Below, piece after piece: positions 1 to 12,757 of a DNA stretch of 64,000 bases. Source of the stretch: Clostridiales bacterium (GTDB lineage Bacteria; Bacillota; Clostridia; Oscillospirales; CAG-272); NCBI GenBank assembly GCA_016288155.1, contig JAEEYP010000095.1, forward strand, positions 107-64,106. Reading direction: 5' to 3'. Positions within the stretch are counted from its first letter, which is position 1. Every line of letters starts with the position of its first letter. The notes beneath the pieces are model-generated. The model ran no database searches. It saw nothing but the letters and a program-made list of their open reading frames with translations, and was not told where the DNA came from. The translations under genes and the position numbers were made by a program.

Positions 1-943
1 CTTCGGGCGGGAATTCGTCCGGCATCGCGTGTTTGAGCGCGGCGATGGCGACGGCGAGCTGCGCCTCGTCCGGCTCCCGCGTCGTGATGCGCTGCATCCA
101 GAGACCGGGCGCGGAGAGGATCCGCGTCAGAGCGTTCGCATGCTTCCCGGCGTACATGATGTATTCGTATCCCACGCCGACGACGAGCGGCAGCAGCACG
201 AGTTTCAGGGCGACGCGGACGGCGAGGTTGTCCCAGGTCAGAAGAGAATTGACGAGGATGCCGAGCAGCAGGATCACGAACAGAAAACTCGTGCCGCAGC
301 GCGGGTGGAAGCGCGTGCATTTCATCGCGTTCGCGGGCGCCAGCTCCTCCCCCGCCTCATAGCAGGCGATCGACTTGTGCTCCGCGCCGTGATACTCGAA
401 CGTCCGGCGCATATCCTTCATTAGGGAGACGAGCGAGAGATAGCCGACGAAGATGGCGATCTTCATGACGCCCTCGATCAGGTTCCGCCACCAGCCGAGC
501 CCGCCGGCGAGACCGTCGATCCAGGAGGTGACGGCCGCGGGAAGGAACAAAAACAGCCCGAAGCCGAGTACGAGTCCGAGTACCGCGGCGATCCCCATGA
601 AAACGTCGAGGAAGCGGCTGCCCAGATGCGCGCGCAGCCACGCCTCCGTCTTGGAATCCTCCGCGCCGTCGTCGAGACCGAGCATGTCGGCGGACTGCAT
701 CAGCGTTCTGTAGCTGAGCAGCAGCGTCTCCGCGAAATTCACGACGCCGCGGAGGACGGGAACGTTGAGAAATTTATATTTTTTGCGCAGGGGGATATGC
801 TCCCGCGCGTCGAGCACGATCTCTCCGGATTCTTTCCGTACCGCCAGCGCGGTGCGGTCCCCGCTGCGCATCATCACGCCCTCGAGCACCGCCTGACCGC
901 CGACGCGCCCCATGCGCGGGCATGATCCGTCGTTTTTGCTCAT
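1..943 (-). CDS. DUF1385 family membrane protein (3' end lies beyond the window edge)
   Basis: Absent from the ORF track because it runs off the window. My own translation from ATG (complement of 941-943) gives [43 protein letters not shown]... The [13 protein letters not shown]-terminus and multi-TM body are typical of DUF1385/YqhQ. SD GGAGAGGA lies ~7 nt upstream. Confidence 0.75.
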   Translation of the reverse strand, partial: MSKNDGSCPRMGRVGGQAVLEGVMMRSGDRTALAVRKESGEIVLDAREHIPLRKKYKFLNVPVLRGVVNFAETLLLSYRTLMQSADMLGLDDGAEDSKTEAWLRAHLGSRFLDVFMGIAAVLGLVLGFGLFLFLPAAVTSWIDGLAGGLGWWRNLIEGVMKIAIFVGYLSLVSLMKDMRRTFEYHGAEHKSIACYEAGEELAPANAMKCTRFHPRCGTSFLFVILLLGILVNSLLTWDNLAVRVALKLVLLPLVVGVGYEYIMYAGKHANALTRILSAPGLWMQRITTREPDEAQLAVAIAALKHAMPDEFPPE

Positions 944-1128
944 CTGTCCGTCCTCTCCCCGGAGGCGCCCTCCGGCTGCTTCTCCCATGATACCGTGTAC
1001 GTTATAACATTATAACACGGATACGTCCGGAAATAAAGACCTATTTGTAAACGCGCGGCGCGCTCCCGAAGTTTTTGCCGTTTTTTTGCAAATAAATAGG
1101 CCGCTGAAAAAAATTTACAGTTATCCTA

Positions 1129-1157
1129 TGGTATTTTGCCGAAGGGTGTGCTATAAT
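1129..1157 (+). promoter_or_regulatory. candidate sigma-A promoter (extended -10 TGcTATAAT, weak -35)
   Basis: TGCTATAAT at 1149-1157, ~40 nt upstream of the PPIase start. The -35 region (tggtat) is poor. Confidence 0.35.
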
Positions 1158-1198
1158 ATGCAAAGTGTATTATTACCGATCCACGAACAAAGAAAGGC

Positions 1199-2743
1199 AT
1201 GGTACCACGCATGGGCAACACAAGCAGCCGCACGAAAGACGCAGAGGCGCGTACTCTCGCGGCGGAAAAGAAACGTCTCGCCGCCGAAGCGGCGGAGAAG
1301 AAGGAACGCCGGAACCGCGCGATCATCATCGTTTCCGTCGTCGCCGCCGTCCTCATCATCGGCTTTCTGCTCGTATACGGCAAGCTGAACACGAACGGCT
1401 TCTTCCTCCGCCATACGAATTCCGTATCGAGCGAAACGATCACGGTGGACAACGCGGTCGTCTCTTATTTCTTCCATGACAGTTATCTGCGGTTCGCCAA
1501 TTCCAACGGAAGTTACCTCTCCTATTTCGGGCTGGATACCTCCAAGTCCTTGAAATCGCAGCTCTGCACCTTCACGGACAGCGGGAGCTGGTTCGACTAT
1601 TTCATGAGCGGCACGAAGGCGACGCTGACGCAGCTGCTCACGCTCGCAGAGGAAGCGAAGGCGCGCGGGATCGAGCTCGACGAGCACGACAAGAAGTCGA
1701 TCGACAGCACGATCGACGGCTACAAGTCCGCGGCGGCCGCCTACGGCTACTCCGAGAACTACTATATCCGCAGCCTCTTCGGCACCGGCTTGACGCTGGA
1801 CGACGTCCGCCGCGCGCTCGAACTCTCCGCCCTCGCCAGCAAGGGCTCGAAAGCCATTGCCAGCGAGTATAACTACACGAGCGCGGATTACGAACAGTAC
1901 GTCGAAGACACTCCGACGGCGCTGCTCCGCGCCGACTACGCGGTCGTGTCCCTCGCCACCAGCGACGGGATGGTCGAGGGCGACGTGACGGAAGAGATCA
2001 TCGACGCCTACGCCGCCCGCCTCGCCGCCGCCGCCTCCAAGGAGGAATTCGACAGCATCGCCTACGAATACCTCAAGGACGTCGCCTATAAAAACGACGC
2101 CGACAAGACGGAAGAAGACATCCAGAAGGAGATCGACGGCTTCACCGTCGAAGGCGTCACCTACAACGAGTCGAGCGAATTCTCCCAGTGGCTGTTCGAT
2201 TCCGCCCGTCAGGCGGGCGAGACCTACTCGCACACCGACGAGGGAACGCACGCGACGCAGGTCTACTACGTGATCTCCCCCGCTTCGATGAACACGACGC
2301 CGACCCGCACCGTCCGCCATATCCTGATCACCGCGAGCGGCGCCGGCTCGGATGAAGCGGCGTCCGCGCGCGCCGACGAGCTCCTCGCCCAGTGGAAAGC
2401 GGGAGCGGCGACGGAGGACTCCTTCGCCGCGCTCGCGAAAGAGAACTCGGAAGACTCCTCCTACGCGGAGGGCGGTCTGATCCCGAACATCACCGAGGGC
2501 GAAACGGTCGAAGCGTTCGACGCCTGGGTCTACGACGAGGCGCGCCGTCCCGGCGACGCCGAGGTCGTCAAGAGCGACTACGGCTATCACGTGATCTACT
2601 ACGTCGGCGACGGTCTCCTCGTATGGGAAGCGGAGGCGGACACCGCCCTGAAGAACGCGCAGTACCAGAAGGACTACGAGGCGCTCACGGAAAAATATCC
2701 GGTCGAGTTCGATTTGAAGAGCATGTACAGAATCGACGCGTAA
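1199..2743 (+). CDS. membrane-anchored PpiC/parvulin-type peptidyl-prolyl isomerase (PrsA/SurA-like)
   Basis: 514-aa ORF with an N-terminal K/E-rich segment plus TM (AIIIVSVVAAVLIIGFLLVY). The C-terminal parvulin domain reads RHILITASG...ENSEDSSYAEGGLIPNITEGETVEAFDAWVYDE...GYHVIYYVG. Alternative start at ATG 1211. Confidence 0.8.
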   Translation: MVPRMGNTSSRTKDAEARTLAAEKKRLAAEAAEKKERRNRAIIIVSVVAAVLIIGFLLVYGKLNTNGFFLRHTNSVSSETITVDNAVVSYFFHDSYLRFANSNGSYLSYFGLDTSKSLKSQLCTFTDSGSWFDYFMSGTKATLTQLLTLAEEAKARGIELDEHDKKSIDSTIDGYKSAAAAYGYSENYYIRSLFGTGLTLDDVRRALELSALASKGSKAIASEYNYTSADYEQYVEDTPTALLRADYAVVSLATSDGMVEGDVTEEIIDAYAARLAAAASKEEFDSIAYEYLKDVAYKNDADKTEEDIQKEIDGFTVEGVTYNESSEFSQWLFDSARQAGETYSHTDEGTHATQVYYVISPASMNTTPTRTVRHILITASGAGSDEAASARADELLAQWKAGAATEDSFAALAKENSEDSSYAEGGLIPNITEGETVEAFDAWVYDEARRPGDAEVVKSDYGYHVIYYVGDGLLVWEAEADTALKNAQYQKDYEALTEKYPVEFDLKSMYRIDA

Positions 2744-2750
2744 AGCGGCG

Positions 2751-2785
2751 CGCGGCATCCGGGAAAACCGGATGCCGCGTTTTTT
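2751..2785 (+). terminator. rho-independent terminator
   Basis: 12-bp stem CGCGGCATCCGG/CCGGATGCCGCG, GAAAA loop, followed by TTTTTT, directly after the PPIase stop. Confidence 0.8.
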
Positions 2786-2852
2786 GCCCGATCACGATGA
2801 AACTGTACAAAAATACGTCCCCCGCGCCGCAAAAACTCGCACGGTTTCCTTA

Positions 2853-2881
2853 TTGTTTTTTTTCATCCTATGTGTTATAAT
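2853..2881 (+). promoter_or_regulatory. candidate sigma-A promoter for guaB
   Basis: -35 TTGTTT (2853-2858), 17-nt spacer, extended -10 TGtTATAAT (2873-2881). Confidence 0.5.
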
Positions 2882-2946
2882 ATAGAATAATATCCAGAAC
2901 CGTCCCCGATCGCCGATCAGACCGTTTCAGTGGAAGGAGAACTGCC

Positions 2947-4446
2947 ATGGCTTATTATTACAGCGAGCTTTCCCACACCTTCAGCGAGTACCTGCTCGTG
3001 CCCGGCTATTCCGACGCGAACTGCGTCCCCGCCAACGTCTCGCTCCAGACCCCGCTCGTCCGGTTCCGCCGGGGGGATAAGGCGGCGCTCTCTCTGAACG
3101 TGCCGCTCGTCTCCGCGATCATGCAGTCCGTCTCCGACGACCGCATGGCGATCGCGCTCGCCAAAGAGGGCGGCGTCTCCTTCATCTACGGCTCGCAGAC
3201 CATCGAGGACGAGGCCGCCATGGTGCGCCGCGTCAAGAACTATAAAGCCGGCTTTGTGACCTCGGACTCCAACCTCCGTCCGGATCAGACGCTCGCCGAC
3301 GTGATCGCGCTCAAGGAACAGCTCGGTCACTCCACCATCGCCGTGACCGACGACGGCACCTCGTCCGGCAAACTGCTCGGCATCGTGACGGGGCGGGATT
3401 ACCGCGTCAGCCGCATGGCGATGACCGACCGCGTCGATTCCTTCATGACGCCGCTCGAAAAACTCATCACGGCGCCCGCCGGGACCTCGCTGAAGGCCGC
3501 CAACGACATCATCTGGGAGCACAAGCTCAATTCCCTGCCGATCCTCGACGACGACGGACGTCTTTTGTACTTCGTCTTCCGCAAGGACTATGAGCAGCAT
3601 AAAGAAAATCCGCTCGAACTGCTCGACGGCAGCAAGCGCTACGTCGTGGGCGCCGGCATCAACACGCGCGATTACGAAGAGCGCGTTCCCGCGCTCGTGG
3701 ACGCGGGCGCCGACGTGCTCTGCATCGACTCGAGCGAGGGCTTCACCGAATGGCAGGCGCGCACGCTCGCCTTCATCCGTGAGAAATACGGCGACAGCGT
3801 GAAGGTCGGCGCCGGGAACGTCGTCGACCGCGACGGCTTCCTCTTCCTCGCGCGGGCGGGCGCCGATTTCGTCAAGGTCGGGATCGGCGGCGGCTCCATC
3901 TGCATCACCCGCGAGACGAAGGGCATCGGGCGCGGACAGGCGACGGCGGTCATCGAGGTCGCCGCGGCGCGCGACGAATACTACCGCGAAACGGGCATCT
4001 ACGTACCGATCTGCTCCGACGGCGGCATCGTCTACGACTACCACATCACGCTCGCGCTCGCCATGGGCGCGGACTTCTGCATGCTCGGACGCTACTTCTC
4101 CCGTTTCGACGAAAGCCCGACGAACAAGGTCATGATCAAGGGCAGTTACATGAAGGAATACTGGGGCGAGGGCAGCGCCCGCGCCCGCAACTGGCAGCGC
4201 TACGACATGGGCGGCGCCGCCAAGCTCTCCTTCGTGGAGGGCGTCGACTGCTACGTTCCGTACGCGGGCTCCCTGCACGACAACCTGATGTCCACGCTCG
4301 CCAAGATCCGCTCGACGATGTGCAACTGCGGCGCCTTGACGATTCCCGAACTGCAGGAGAAGGCGCGCCTGACGCTCGTCAGCGCCACCTCCATCGTGGA
4401 GGGCGGCGCGCACGACGTGCTCGTCAAGGACCAGAGCACGCAGTGA
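2947..4446 (+). CDS. guaB: IMP dehydrogenase
   Basis: 499 aa. Catalytic loop [30 protein letters not shown]-pair insert, C-terminal GGAHDV flap-like end. SD GGAAGGAG upstream. Confidence 0.85.
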   Translation: MAYYYSELSHTFSEYLLVPGYSDANCVPANVSLQTPLVRFRRGDKAALSLNVPLVSAIMQSVSDDRMAIALAKEGGVSFIYGSQTIEDEAAMVRRVKNYKAGFVTSDSNLRPDQTLADVIALKEQLGHSTIAVTDDGTSSGKLLGIVTGRDYRVSRMAMTDRVDSFMTPLEKLITAPAGTSLKAANDIIWEHKLNSLPILDDDGRLLYFVFRKDYEQHKENPLELLDGSKRYVVGAGINTRDYEERVPALVDAGADVLCIDSSEGFTEWQARTLAFIREKYGDSVKVGAGNVVDRDGFLFLARAGADFVKVGIGGGSICITRETKGIGRGQATAVIEVAAARDEYYRETGIYVPICSDGGIVYDYHITLALAMGADFCMLGRYFSRFDESPTNKVMIKGSYMKEYWGEGSARARNWQRYDMGGAAKLSFVEGVDCYVPYAGSLHDNLMSTLAKIRSTMCNCGALTIPELQEKARLTLVSATSIVEGGAHDVLVKDQSTQ

Positions 4447-4497
4447 CCGCGCGGCGGGACGAAAACGTCCCCCGCCCAAAGCAAAGCAGGAGGATAG

Positions 4498-4779
4498 ATG
4501 ATGAAGGATCCCGCGGAGCGCCCCGGCGGCACGTGGATGCTCGTGCTTTCCCGCATCGGTCTGCTCACGCAGCTCGGTCTGACGCTCGTCGCCCCGCCGC
4601 TTCTTCTCGTGCTCGGCGCGCTCTGGCTCCAGAAGCGCTTCGGCTGCGGTGACTGGATCCTGCTCGCAGCGATCCTCGTCGGCGTGATCAGCGGGATCTG
4701 CGGCACCGCCGGTCTCATCCGCGACGCGCTGGCGCACGACCGCCGCACCGTCGACAAAAATCAGGGAGAGCACCGATGA
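4498..4779 (+). CDS. atpZ: AtpZ/AtpI-family small membrane protein (ATP synthase gene 1)
   Basis: 93 aa with two TM helices, first gene of the atp operon. SD AGGAGG 4 nt upstream. Overlaps the next gene by ATGA. Confidence 0.65.
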   Translation: MMKDPAERPGGTWMLVLSRIGLLTQLGLTLVAPPLLLVLGALWLQKRFGCGDWILLAAILVGVISGICGTAGLIRDALAHDRRTVDKNQGEHR

Positions 4780-5357
4780 AACTCGATCCTGCCGTCAAAA
4801 AAGAATCCGCCTTCATTGCCGCCGCCTCCCTCGCCGGCACCGTACTCGTGCAGCTCGTCTTCGCCATGCTCGGGAAATGGGATCTCTCCGTGCTGCTCGG
4901 CGGCGCGATCGGCTGGATCATGGCGGCGGGGAACTTCTTCCTCATGAGCCTCACGGTACAGCGCGCCGTCGGCGCGGGCGACTCGGTCCGCGCAGGGCAG
5001 ACCTTCCGCCTTTCCTATACGGTGCGCACGCTTGCCATGCTCGGCGTCATCGCGCTCTCGCTCCTCGTCGACGCCATCCACTGGATCCCCGTCGTCGCCG
5101 CCGTCTTCTTCCCCCGCGTCGCCATCCTCATCCGTCAATGGATCGAGAGCGGCAAAGAAAAGCCGGACACGGAGGAAATAAAGGACGGCGCCGCCCCGTC
5201 CCCCGCCCCCGCGGAGGAGGAAGAGGAGACGGAGGACGAATTCGAGAAATTCGTCGGAAGCTTCGCCAAAAAGATCGACACGAACTACAGCGGGACACCG
5301 TCGGGCGGCTCCGCCGACGGCGATCCCCCCTCGGATCCCGATTCCAAAGGAGAGTGA
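4776..5357 (+). CDS. atpI: ATP synthase subunit I-like membrane protein with acidic C-terminal tail
   Basis: 193 aa with 4 predicted TM segments, immediately upstream of atpB. Tail is PAPAEEEEETEDEFEKF... Confidence 0.6.
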   Translation: MKLDPAVKKESAFIAAASLAGTVLVQLVFAMLGKWDLSVLLGGAIGWIMAAGNFFLMSLTVQRAVGAGDSVRAGQTFRLSYTVRTLAMLGVIALSLLVDAIHWIPVVAAVFFPRVAILIRQWIESGKEKPDTEEIKDGAAPSPAPAEEEEETEDEFEKFVGSFAKKIDTNYSGTPSGGSADGDPPSDPDSKGE

Positions 5358-5361
5358 GACC

Positions 5362-6099
5362 TTGGACAACATCTCCATTTCCGGCGCGAAAATATACTTT
5401 TATCTCTTCGGCGTCCCGATCACCGAAACGCAGATCAATTCGCTGATCGTCACCGCGCTGCTCTTCGGACTCTGCCTCTTTCTGACGCACGGTCTGAAGG
5501 TGCGCCCGACCTCGAAGCGGCAGCTCGTCGCCGAGTGGATCGTCGAGAAGGTCACGAACCTCGTGCGCGACAACATGGGAGAGCGCTTCCTCGGATTCGT
5601 CCCCTTCGTCGCCGCGATCCTCGGGCTCTCCGCCTGCTCGTCGCTGCTCGCTCTCGTCGCCATGTATCCGCCGACGGCGGATCTGAATACGGTGCTCGGC
5701 TGGGCGCTGCTCGTCTTCGTGATGATCACGTACTACAAGATCCGGGCGAACGGCCCGCTCGGTTATCTGAAGGGCTTCACCGAGCCGATCTTCGTCTTCA
5801 CGCCCTTCAATATCCTCGGAGAGATCGCCACGCCGGTCTCCATGGCGTTCCGTCACTTCGGCAACATCGTCTCCGGCACCGTCATCTCCGCCCTCGTCTA
5901 CGCCGCGCTCGCCTCCCTCTCCACCGTTCTTCTCGGATGGCTGCCCGGCGTGCTCGGAAAGATCCCGTTCCTCCAGATCGGCATCCCCGCCGTTCTTTCG
6001 ATATACTTCGATCTGTTCAGCAGCTGCATGCAGGCGTTCATCTTCGCCATGCTGACGATGCTCTACATCGCGGGCGCAGCGAACACAGAGGAAAACTGA
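5362..6099 (+). CDS. atpB: F0F1 ATP synthase subunit a
   Basis: 245 aa with TTG start and SD AAAGGAGAG. Conserved MAFRHFGNIVSG (essential Arg) and LFSSCMQAFIFAMLTMLY motifs. Confidence 0.93.
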   Translation: MDNISISGAKIYFYLFGVPITETQINSLIVTALLFGLCLFLTHGLKVRPTSKRQLVAEWIVEKVTNLVRDNMGERFLGFVPFVAAILGLSACSSLLALVAMYPPTADLNTVLGWALLVFVMITYYKIRANGPLGYLKGFTEPIFVFTPFNILGEIATPVSMAFRHFGNIVSGTVISALVYAALASLSTVLLGWLPGVLGKIPFLQIGIPAVLSIYFDLFSSCMQAFIFAMLTMLYIAGAANTEEN

Positions 6100-6405
<306 letters not shown>

Positions 6406-6423
6406 TCTCCCCGGAGGACCGTC

Positions 6424-6948
6424 ATGGGAGAACATTTGGGACCGATTTTCCTTATGGAAGAACATCTGGATCTGATTTCCCTTGAGGTCTGGCACGTCGT
6501 CGCCGCCATCGCCAATCTGCTCCTGCTCACGTGGATCGTCAAGAAGTTCCTCTTCGATCGGGTAAAAAAGGTGATGACCGAGCGTCAGTCTCAGGTGGAT
6601 ACGCTGTACGCGGACGCGGAAACGGCGAAAAACACTGCCGAGTCCGACCGCGCCGCCTATGAGGAAAAACTGGCCGGCGCCGAGGACGAGGCACAGAAGA
6701 TCGTGCAGGACGCCGTCGTCCGCGCCGACCGCATGAGCGAAAAGATCCTGGCGGAGGCGTCGGAGAAGGCGGGCGAGAAGCTCCGCCAGGCGGACGCCGA
6801 CATCGCGCAGGAAAAGAAGAAAGCGATCAACGAGGTCAAAGACGAGATCTCCGGCATATCCGTGGAGATCGCCGAAAACGTCATCGGACGGGAGATCCGC
6901 GAGGAGGATCACCGCGAGCTGATCGACGCCTTTATCGAGAAGCTGTAG
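6424..6948 (+). CDS. atpF: F0F1 ATP synthase subunit b
   Basis: 174 aa with one N-terminal TM, then a long charged helix (AEDEAQKIVQDA...). SD GGAGGA. The first 30 nt are tandemly duplicated (second ATG at 6454). Confidence 0.9.
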   Translation: MGEHLGPIFLMEEHLDLISLEVWHVVAAIANLLLLTWIVKKFLFDRVKKVMTERQSQVDTLYADAETAKNTAESDRAAYEEKLAGAEDEAQKIVQDAVVRADRMSEKILAEASEKAGEKLRQADADIAQEKKKAINEVKDEISGISVEIAENVIGREIREEDHRELIDAFIEKL

Positions 6949-6956
6949 GTGAGAGC

Positions 6957-7496
6957 ATGAGCGAAGCCACAAAAGAATACGGGCGCGCGCTGTCCGATCT
7001 CGCCGCGGAAGAAGGCGTCGAGGACGCGCTGCGCGCCGACATGCGCGCCGTGCGCGCGCTGCTCGACGAAAATCCCGCGTACTCCCGGCTGCTCGCCAAC
7101 CCGGAGATCCCGAAGACGGAGCGCGTCGCGCTCCTGAAGGAGGCGTTCGGCGGGCGGGTACATCCGTATCTGGTTCGTTTCCTCGCCATCCTCACCGAGC
7201 GGGGATACGCGTACCGCGCGGCGGATTTTCTCGCGGAATTCGAGCGGCTGTACTGCGAGCGGCATTCCATCACCGTCGCCGCCGTCGTCTCCGCCGTCCC
7301 GCTCACGGAGGATCAGAAGCGCCGCCTGACCGAAAAACTCTGTCAGATCACGAACAAGACCGTCTCACTGGAATGCAGCGTCGATCCGTCGCTCATCGGC
7401 GGAATCCGTCTGCAGGTAGACAACACGCTCTTTGACGGAAGCGTCCGCGCGCACCTCGACGCGCTGCGGGACCGTCTCTCCGCGCTCACCCTGTAA
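6957..7496 (+). CDS. atpH: F0F1 ATP synthase subunit delta
   Basis: 179 aa OSCP-like. C-terminal [28 protein letters not shown] motif. Sits between atpF and atpA. Confidence 0.92.
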   Translation: MSEATKEYGRALSDLAAEEGVEDALRADMRAVRALLDENPAYSRLLANPEIPKTERVALLKEAFGGRVHPYLVRFLAILTERGYAYRAADFLAEFERLYCERHSITVAAVVSAVPLTEDQKRRLTEKLCQITNKTVSLECSVDPSLIGGIRLQVDNTLFDGSVRAHLDALRDRLSALTL

Positions 7497-7522
7497 AAGA
7501 ATCAGAAGGAAGGATTACCGGA

Positions 7523-9046
7523 ATGGACCTTCGTCCCGAAGAAATCAGCAGCATCATCAAGCGGCAGATCCGCGATTATGAGAATACCGTGAACGAAGCG
7601 GAGACCGGCACCGTCATCATGGTCGGCGACGGGATCGCGCGCGCGTTCGGTCTCGACCGCTGCATGGCGGGCGAGCTCCTCCTCTTTGAGGACGGAGAAG
7701 CCGGCATGGCGATGAATCTCGAGGAGAACACCGTATCCATCGTTCTGCTGTCCGACTCCGACAAGATCCGCGAGGGCACGCTCGTGCGCCGGACCGGCCG
7801 CGTCGTCTCCGTACCCGTGGGGGACGCCATGCTCGGCCGCATCGTGAACGCGCTCGGCGCGCCGATCGACGGACGCGGTCCCATCGAAACGACGGATACG
7901 CGCCCGGTCGAGCACAACGCTCCCGGCATCATCCAGAGAAAAAGCGTCAGCGTCCCGCTGCAGACCGGCATCAAGGCGATCGACGCGATGGTCCCGATCG
8001 GCCGCGGCCAGCGCGAGCTCATCATCGGCGACCGCCAGACCGGCAAGACGACGCTCGCCGTCGACACGATCCTCAACCAGAAGGGGACCGGCGTGCTCTG
8101 CGTATACGTGGCGATCGGTCAAAAGAACTCGACCGTCGCGCTGCTCGCCGAGACGCTCCGCGAGGCGGAGGCGGACGCCTACACCGTCATCGTATCCGCT
8201 TCCGCGTCGGAGAGCGCGCCGCTCCAGTATATCGCACCCTACGCCGGCTGCGCCATCGCCGAATACTTCATGGATCAGGGAAAGGACGTGCTCATCGTCT
8301 ACGACGACCTGTCCAAGCACGCCGTCGCGTACCGCGCGCTCTCTCTGCTCATCCGCCGTCCGCCGGGCCGCGAGGCGTACCCCGGAGACGTCTTCTATCT
8401 GCACAGCCGTCTGCTCGAACGCGCCGCGCGCGTCGCGCCGGAATACGGCGGCGGTTCCATCACCGCCATGCCGATCATCGAGACGCAGGCGGGCGACGTA
8501 TCGGCGTATATCCCCACGAACGTGATCTCCATCACCGACGGACAGATCTTCCTCGAAACGGAGCTCTTCCACGCGGGCGTCATCCCGGCGGTCAATCCGG
8601 GCATTTCCGTCTCCCGCGTCGGCGGCGCCGCCCAGATCAAGGCGATGAAGAAGGTCGCCGGTCCGCTCAAGATCATCTACTCTCAGTATCGCGAGCTCCA
8701 GGCGTTCGCCCAGTTCGGCTCCGATCTGGACGCGGACACGAAGGCACGGCTGGCACAGGGCGAGCGGATCGTCGAGGTGCTCAAGCAGGGCAAGAGCGCC
8801 CCGATCCCCGTCGCGTACCAGGTGGCGATCATCTACGCCGTGATCCACAATCATCTCGCGTCCGTCGCCGTTCCGGACGTACGCGAGTACGAGAGCGCGC
8901 TCTTCGACTATCTGCGGACGCATCAGGACGAACTGATGGAACGCATCGCCTCGACCGGCAATCTGACCGCCGAGGACGAGAAGCTGCTCGACGATGCGCT
9001 GCGCGCATTCACCGCGGACTTCACCGCCGCGCGGGCGAAAGAATAA
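7523..9046 (+). CDS. atpA: F0F1 ATP synthase subunit alpha
   Basis: 507 aa. Walker A GDRQTGKT and other canonical alpha motifs. Confidence 0.98.
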   Translation: MDLRPEEISSIIKRQIRDYENTVNEAETGTVIMVGDGIARAFGLDRCMAGELLLFEDGEAGMAMNLEENTVSIVLLSDSDKIREGTLVRRTGRVVSVPVGDAMLGRIVNALGAPIDGRGPIETTDTRPVEHNAPGIIQRKSVSVPLQTGIKAIDAMVPIGRGQRELIIGDRQTGKTTLAVDTILNQKGTGVLCVYVAIGQKNSTVALLAETLREAEADAYTVIVSASASESAPLQYIAPYAGCAIAEYFMDQGKDVLIVYDDLSKHAVAYRALSLLIRRPPGREAYPGDVFYLHSRLLERAARVAPEYGGGSITAMPIIETQAGDVSAYIPTNVISITDGQIFLETELFHAGVIPAVNPGISVSRVGGAAQIKAMKKVAGPLKIIYSQYRELQAFAQFGSDLDADTKARLAQGERIVEVLKQGKSAPIPVAYQVAIIYAVIHNHLASVAVPDVREYESALFDYLRTHQDELMERIASTGNLTAEDEKLLDDALRAFTADFTAARAKE

Positions 9047-9058
9047 AAGGGGCGCCGC

Positions 9059-11313
<2,255 letters not shown>

Positions 11314-11317
11314 CGAT

Positions 11318-11590
11318 ATGAAGACCTTTCATCTGCAGATCGCCGCGCCGGACGGGATGCGCTACGACGGAGACGCCGTGCAGCTCTCCGTCCGCGGCAC
11401 GGAAGGCGACCTCGCCGTTCTCGCCGGACACGTCCCCTTCGCCACCGCGCTTCGCGCGGGCGAATGCCGCGTGTATGTCGGCGAGGGCGGTACCGTGCGC
11501 CGCGCCGCCTATTCCGGCGGGATGCTCAGCGTGAGCGGCGGCACGGTCCGCATGATCTCCGCCGATTTCCGCTGGCTTGAAGAAGAATAA
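11318..11590 (+). CDS. atpC: F0F1 ATP synthase subunit epsilon (beta-sandwich domain only)
   Basis: 90 aa: HLQIAAPDG...LAVLAGHVPFATAL. Ends where the C-terminal helical hairpin normally begins. Confidence 0.88.
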   Translation: MKTFHLQIAAPDGMRYDGDAVQLSVRGTEGDLAVLAGHVPFATALRAGECRVYVGEGGTVRRAAYSGGMLSVSGGTVRMISADFRWLEEE

Positions 11591-11591
11591 G

Positions 11592-11614
11592 GAGCACCCT
11601 GAGGGGTGCTCTTT
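11592..11614 (+). terminator. atp operon terminator candidate
   Basis: GAGCACCC-TGAG-GGGTGCTC followed by TTT, 2 nt after the atpC stop. Short U-tract. Confidence 0.5.
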
Positions 11615-11643
11615 CCCCATACCGACCGGAAGGGAGCGATCCG

Positions 11644-12693
11644 ATGGAAACGACGTCCCCGCGTCCCCGCGATCTGCGCCTCGACGCTTTGCGGATCACC
11701 GCCAGTCTCCTGGTCGTGCTGATCCACGTATCCGCCCAACAGTGGTACACGCTCGATCCGCACGACGGCGCGTGGGTCGCCGTGCACTTCTGGAATGCCG
11801 CGTCGCGCGCGGCGGTGCCGCTCTTCTTCATGATCAGCGGCGCACTCTTTCTCGGCGCGCCGACGCCGCCGGATCCGCGCCGTCTGTGGAAGCACAGTAT
11901 CCCGCGGCTCCTCTCCGTTTACGTGCTGTGGAGTCTATTCTACGGGATGGTCCATCTCGGCTTCCGCGCGTTTCTCGACGATCCCGTGCTGCTGATCGGG
12001 AAAGCCGTCGAGGGACATTATCATCTGTGGTTCCTGCCCGCCATCATCGGCGTGTACGTCCTCTTTCCGATCCTGTACGCCGCCGTCCACGCGGAGAACG
12101 GGCGCTACGTGCGCTATCTCGTCGCCGTCTTCGCCTTCTTCGGCATCGTGTGCGGGACGGTGGACGGGCTGTACGGATTCCTTCCCTGGTCCGTCTCGAT
12201 GATCTTTCAAAAGATCGTCCCCGATCTGTGCGGACCGTGCGGCTATGCGGTACTCGGCTATGCGCTGATACGCGTCAGCCGCCGTCCGCGCCCGTGGGTG
12301 CTCGCCGCCGCCGCGGGCGGATGCGTCCTGCTCGTCTGGGGCGGGAGCGTCCTTTGGGCGCGGCACACCGGCGCGCCGTTCGCGCTCCTCTGCGGTGAAT
12401 ACACGCTGCCGACCGCCGCGGAGGCGGTGTGCATCTTCCTTCTCTTCCGCTCGCTGAAAGTCCCGGAGGGAGGGCGCGCGGCGAAGCTCCTTCCCGCCGC
12501 CGCCGCGGATACGCTCGGCATCTATCTCATCCATCCGTTCCTCATCAGCGTGCTGGAGGAATTCGGCGTCACGACCGGGTCCTTCTGCGCGTGGATCTCC
12601 GTACCGCTCCTCACCCTCGGCATCTTCCTCCTTTCCGCCGCCGCGGCGGCGCTTCTGCGCCGCATCCCCGCCGTGGGGAAATGGATCGTCTGA
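11644..12693 (+). CDS. acyltransferase family 3 integral membrane protein
   Basis: 349 aa with ~10 TM. N-terminal LDALRITASLLVVLIHVS (catalytic His motif of acyltransferase_3/OatA-like proteins). Confidence 0.75.
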   Translation: METTSPRPRDLRLDALRITASLLVVLIHVSAQQWYTLDPHDGAWVAVHFWNAASRAAVPLFFMISGALFLGAPTPPDPRRLWKHSIPRLLSVYVLWSLFYGMVHLGFRAFLDDPVLLIGKAVEGHYHLWFLPAIIGVYVLFPILYAAVHAENGRYVRYLVAVFAFFGIVCGTVDGLYGFLPWSVSMIFQKIVPDLCGPCGYAVLGYALIRVSRRPRPWVLAAAAGGCVLLVWGGSVLWARHTGAPFALLCGEYTLPTAAEAVCIFLLFRSLKVPEGGRAAKLLPAAAADTLGIYLIHPFLISVLEEFGVTTGSFCAWISVPLLTLGIFLLSAAAAALLRRIPAVGKWIV

Positions 12694-12757
12694 CCGGAGC
12701 GGCATGGGAACGCGGCGCCATCCCGGATATCATCGGTTAAAAGGAGACCGTTTTCCA

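Noticed and set aside
2882-2946. A purine riboswitch or other leader upstream of guaB.
   Set aside because: There are only ~60 nt between the predicted -10 and the ATG, and no purine-riboswitch core motifs are visible.
4453-4476. A hairpin after guaB, considered as a terminator separating guaB from the atp operon.
   Set aside because: The stem is imperfect and has no U-tract, and I could not find an atp promoter in the 50-nt gap. I left it uncalled; guaB and atp may be co-transcribed, or the atp promoter may lie inside guaB.
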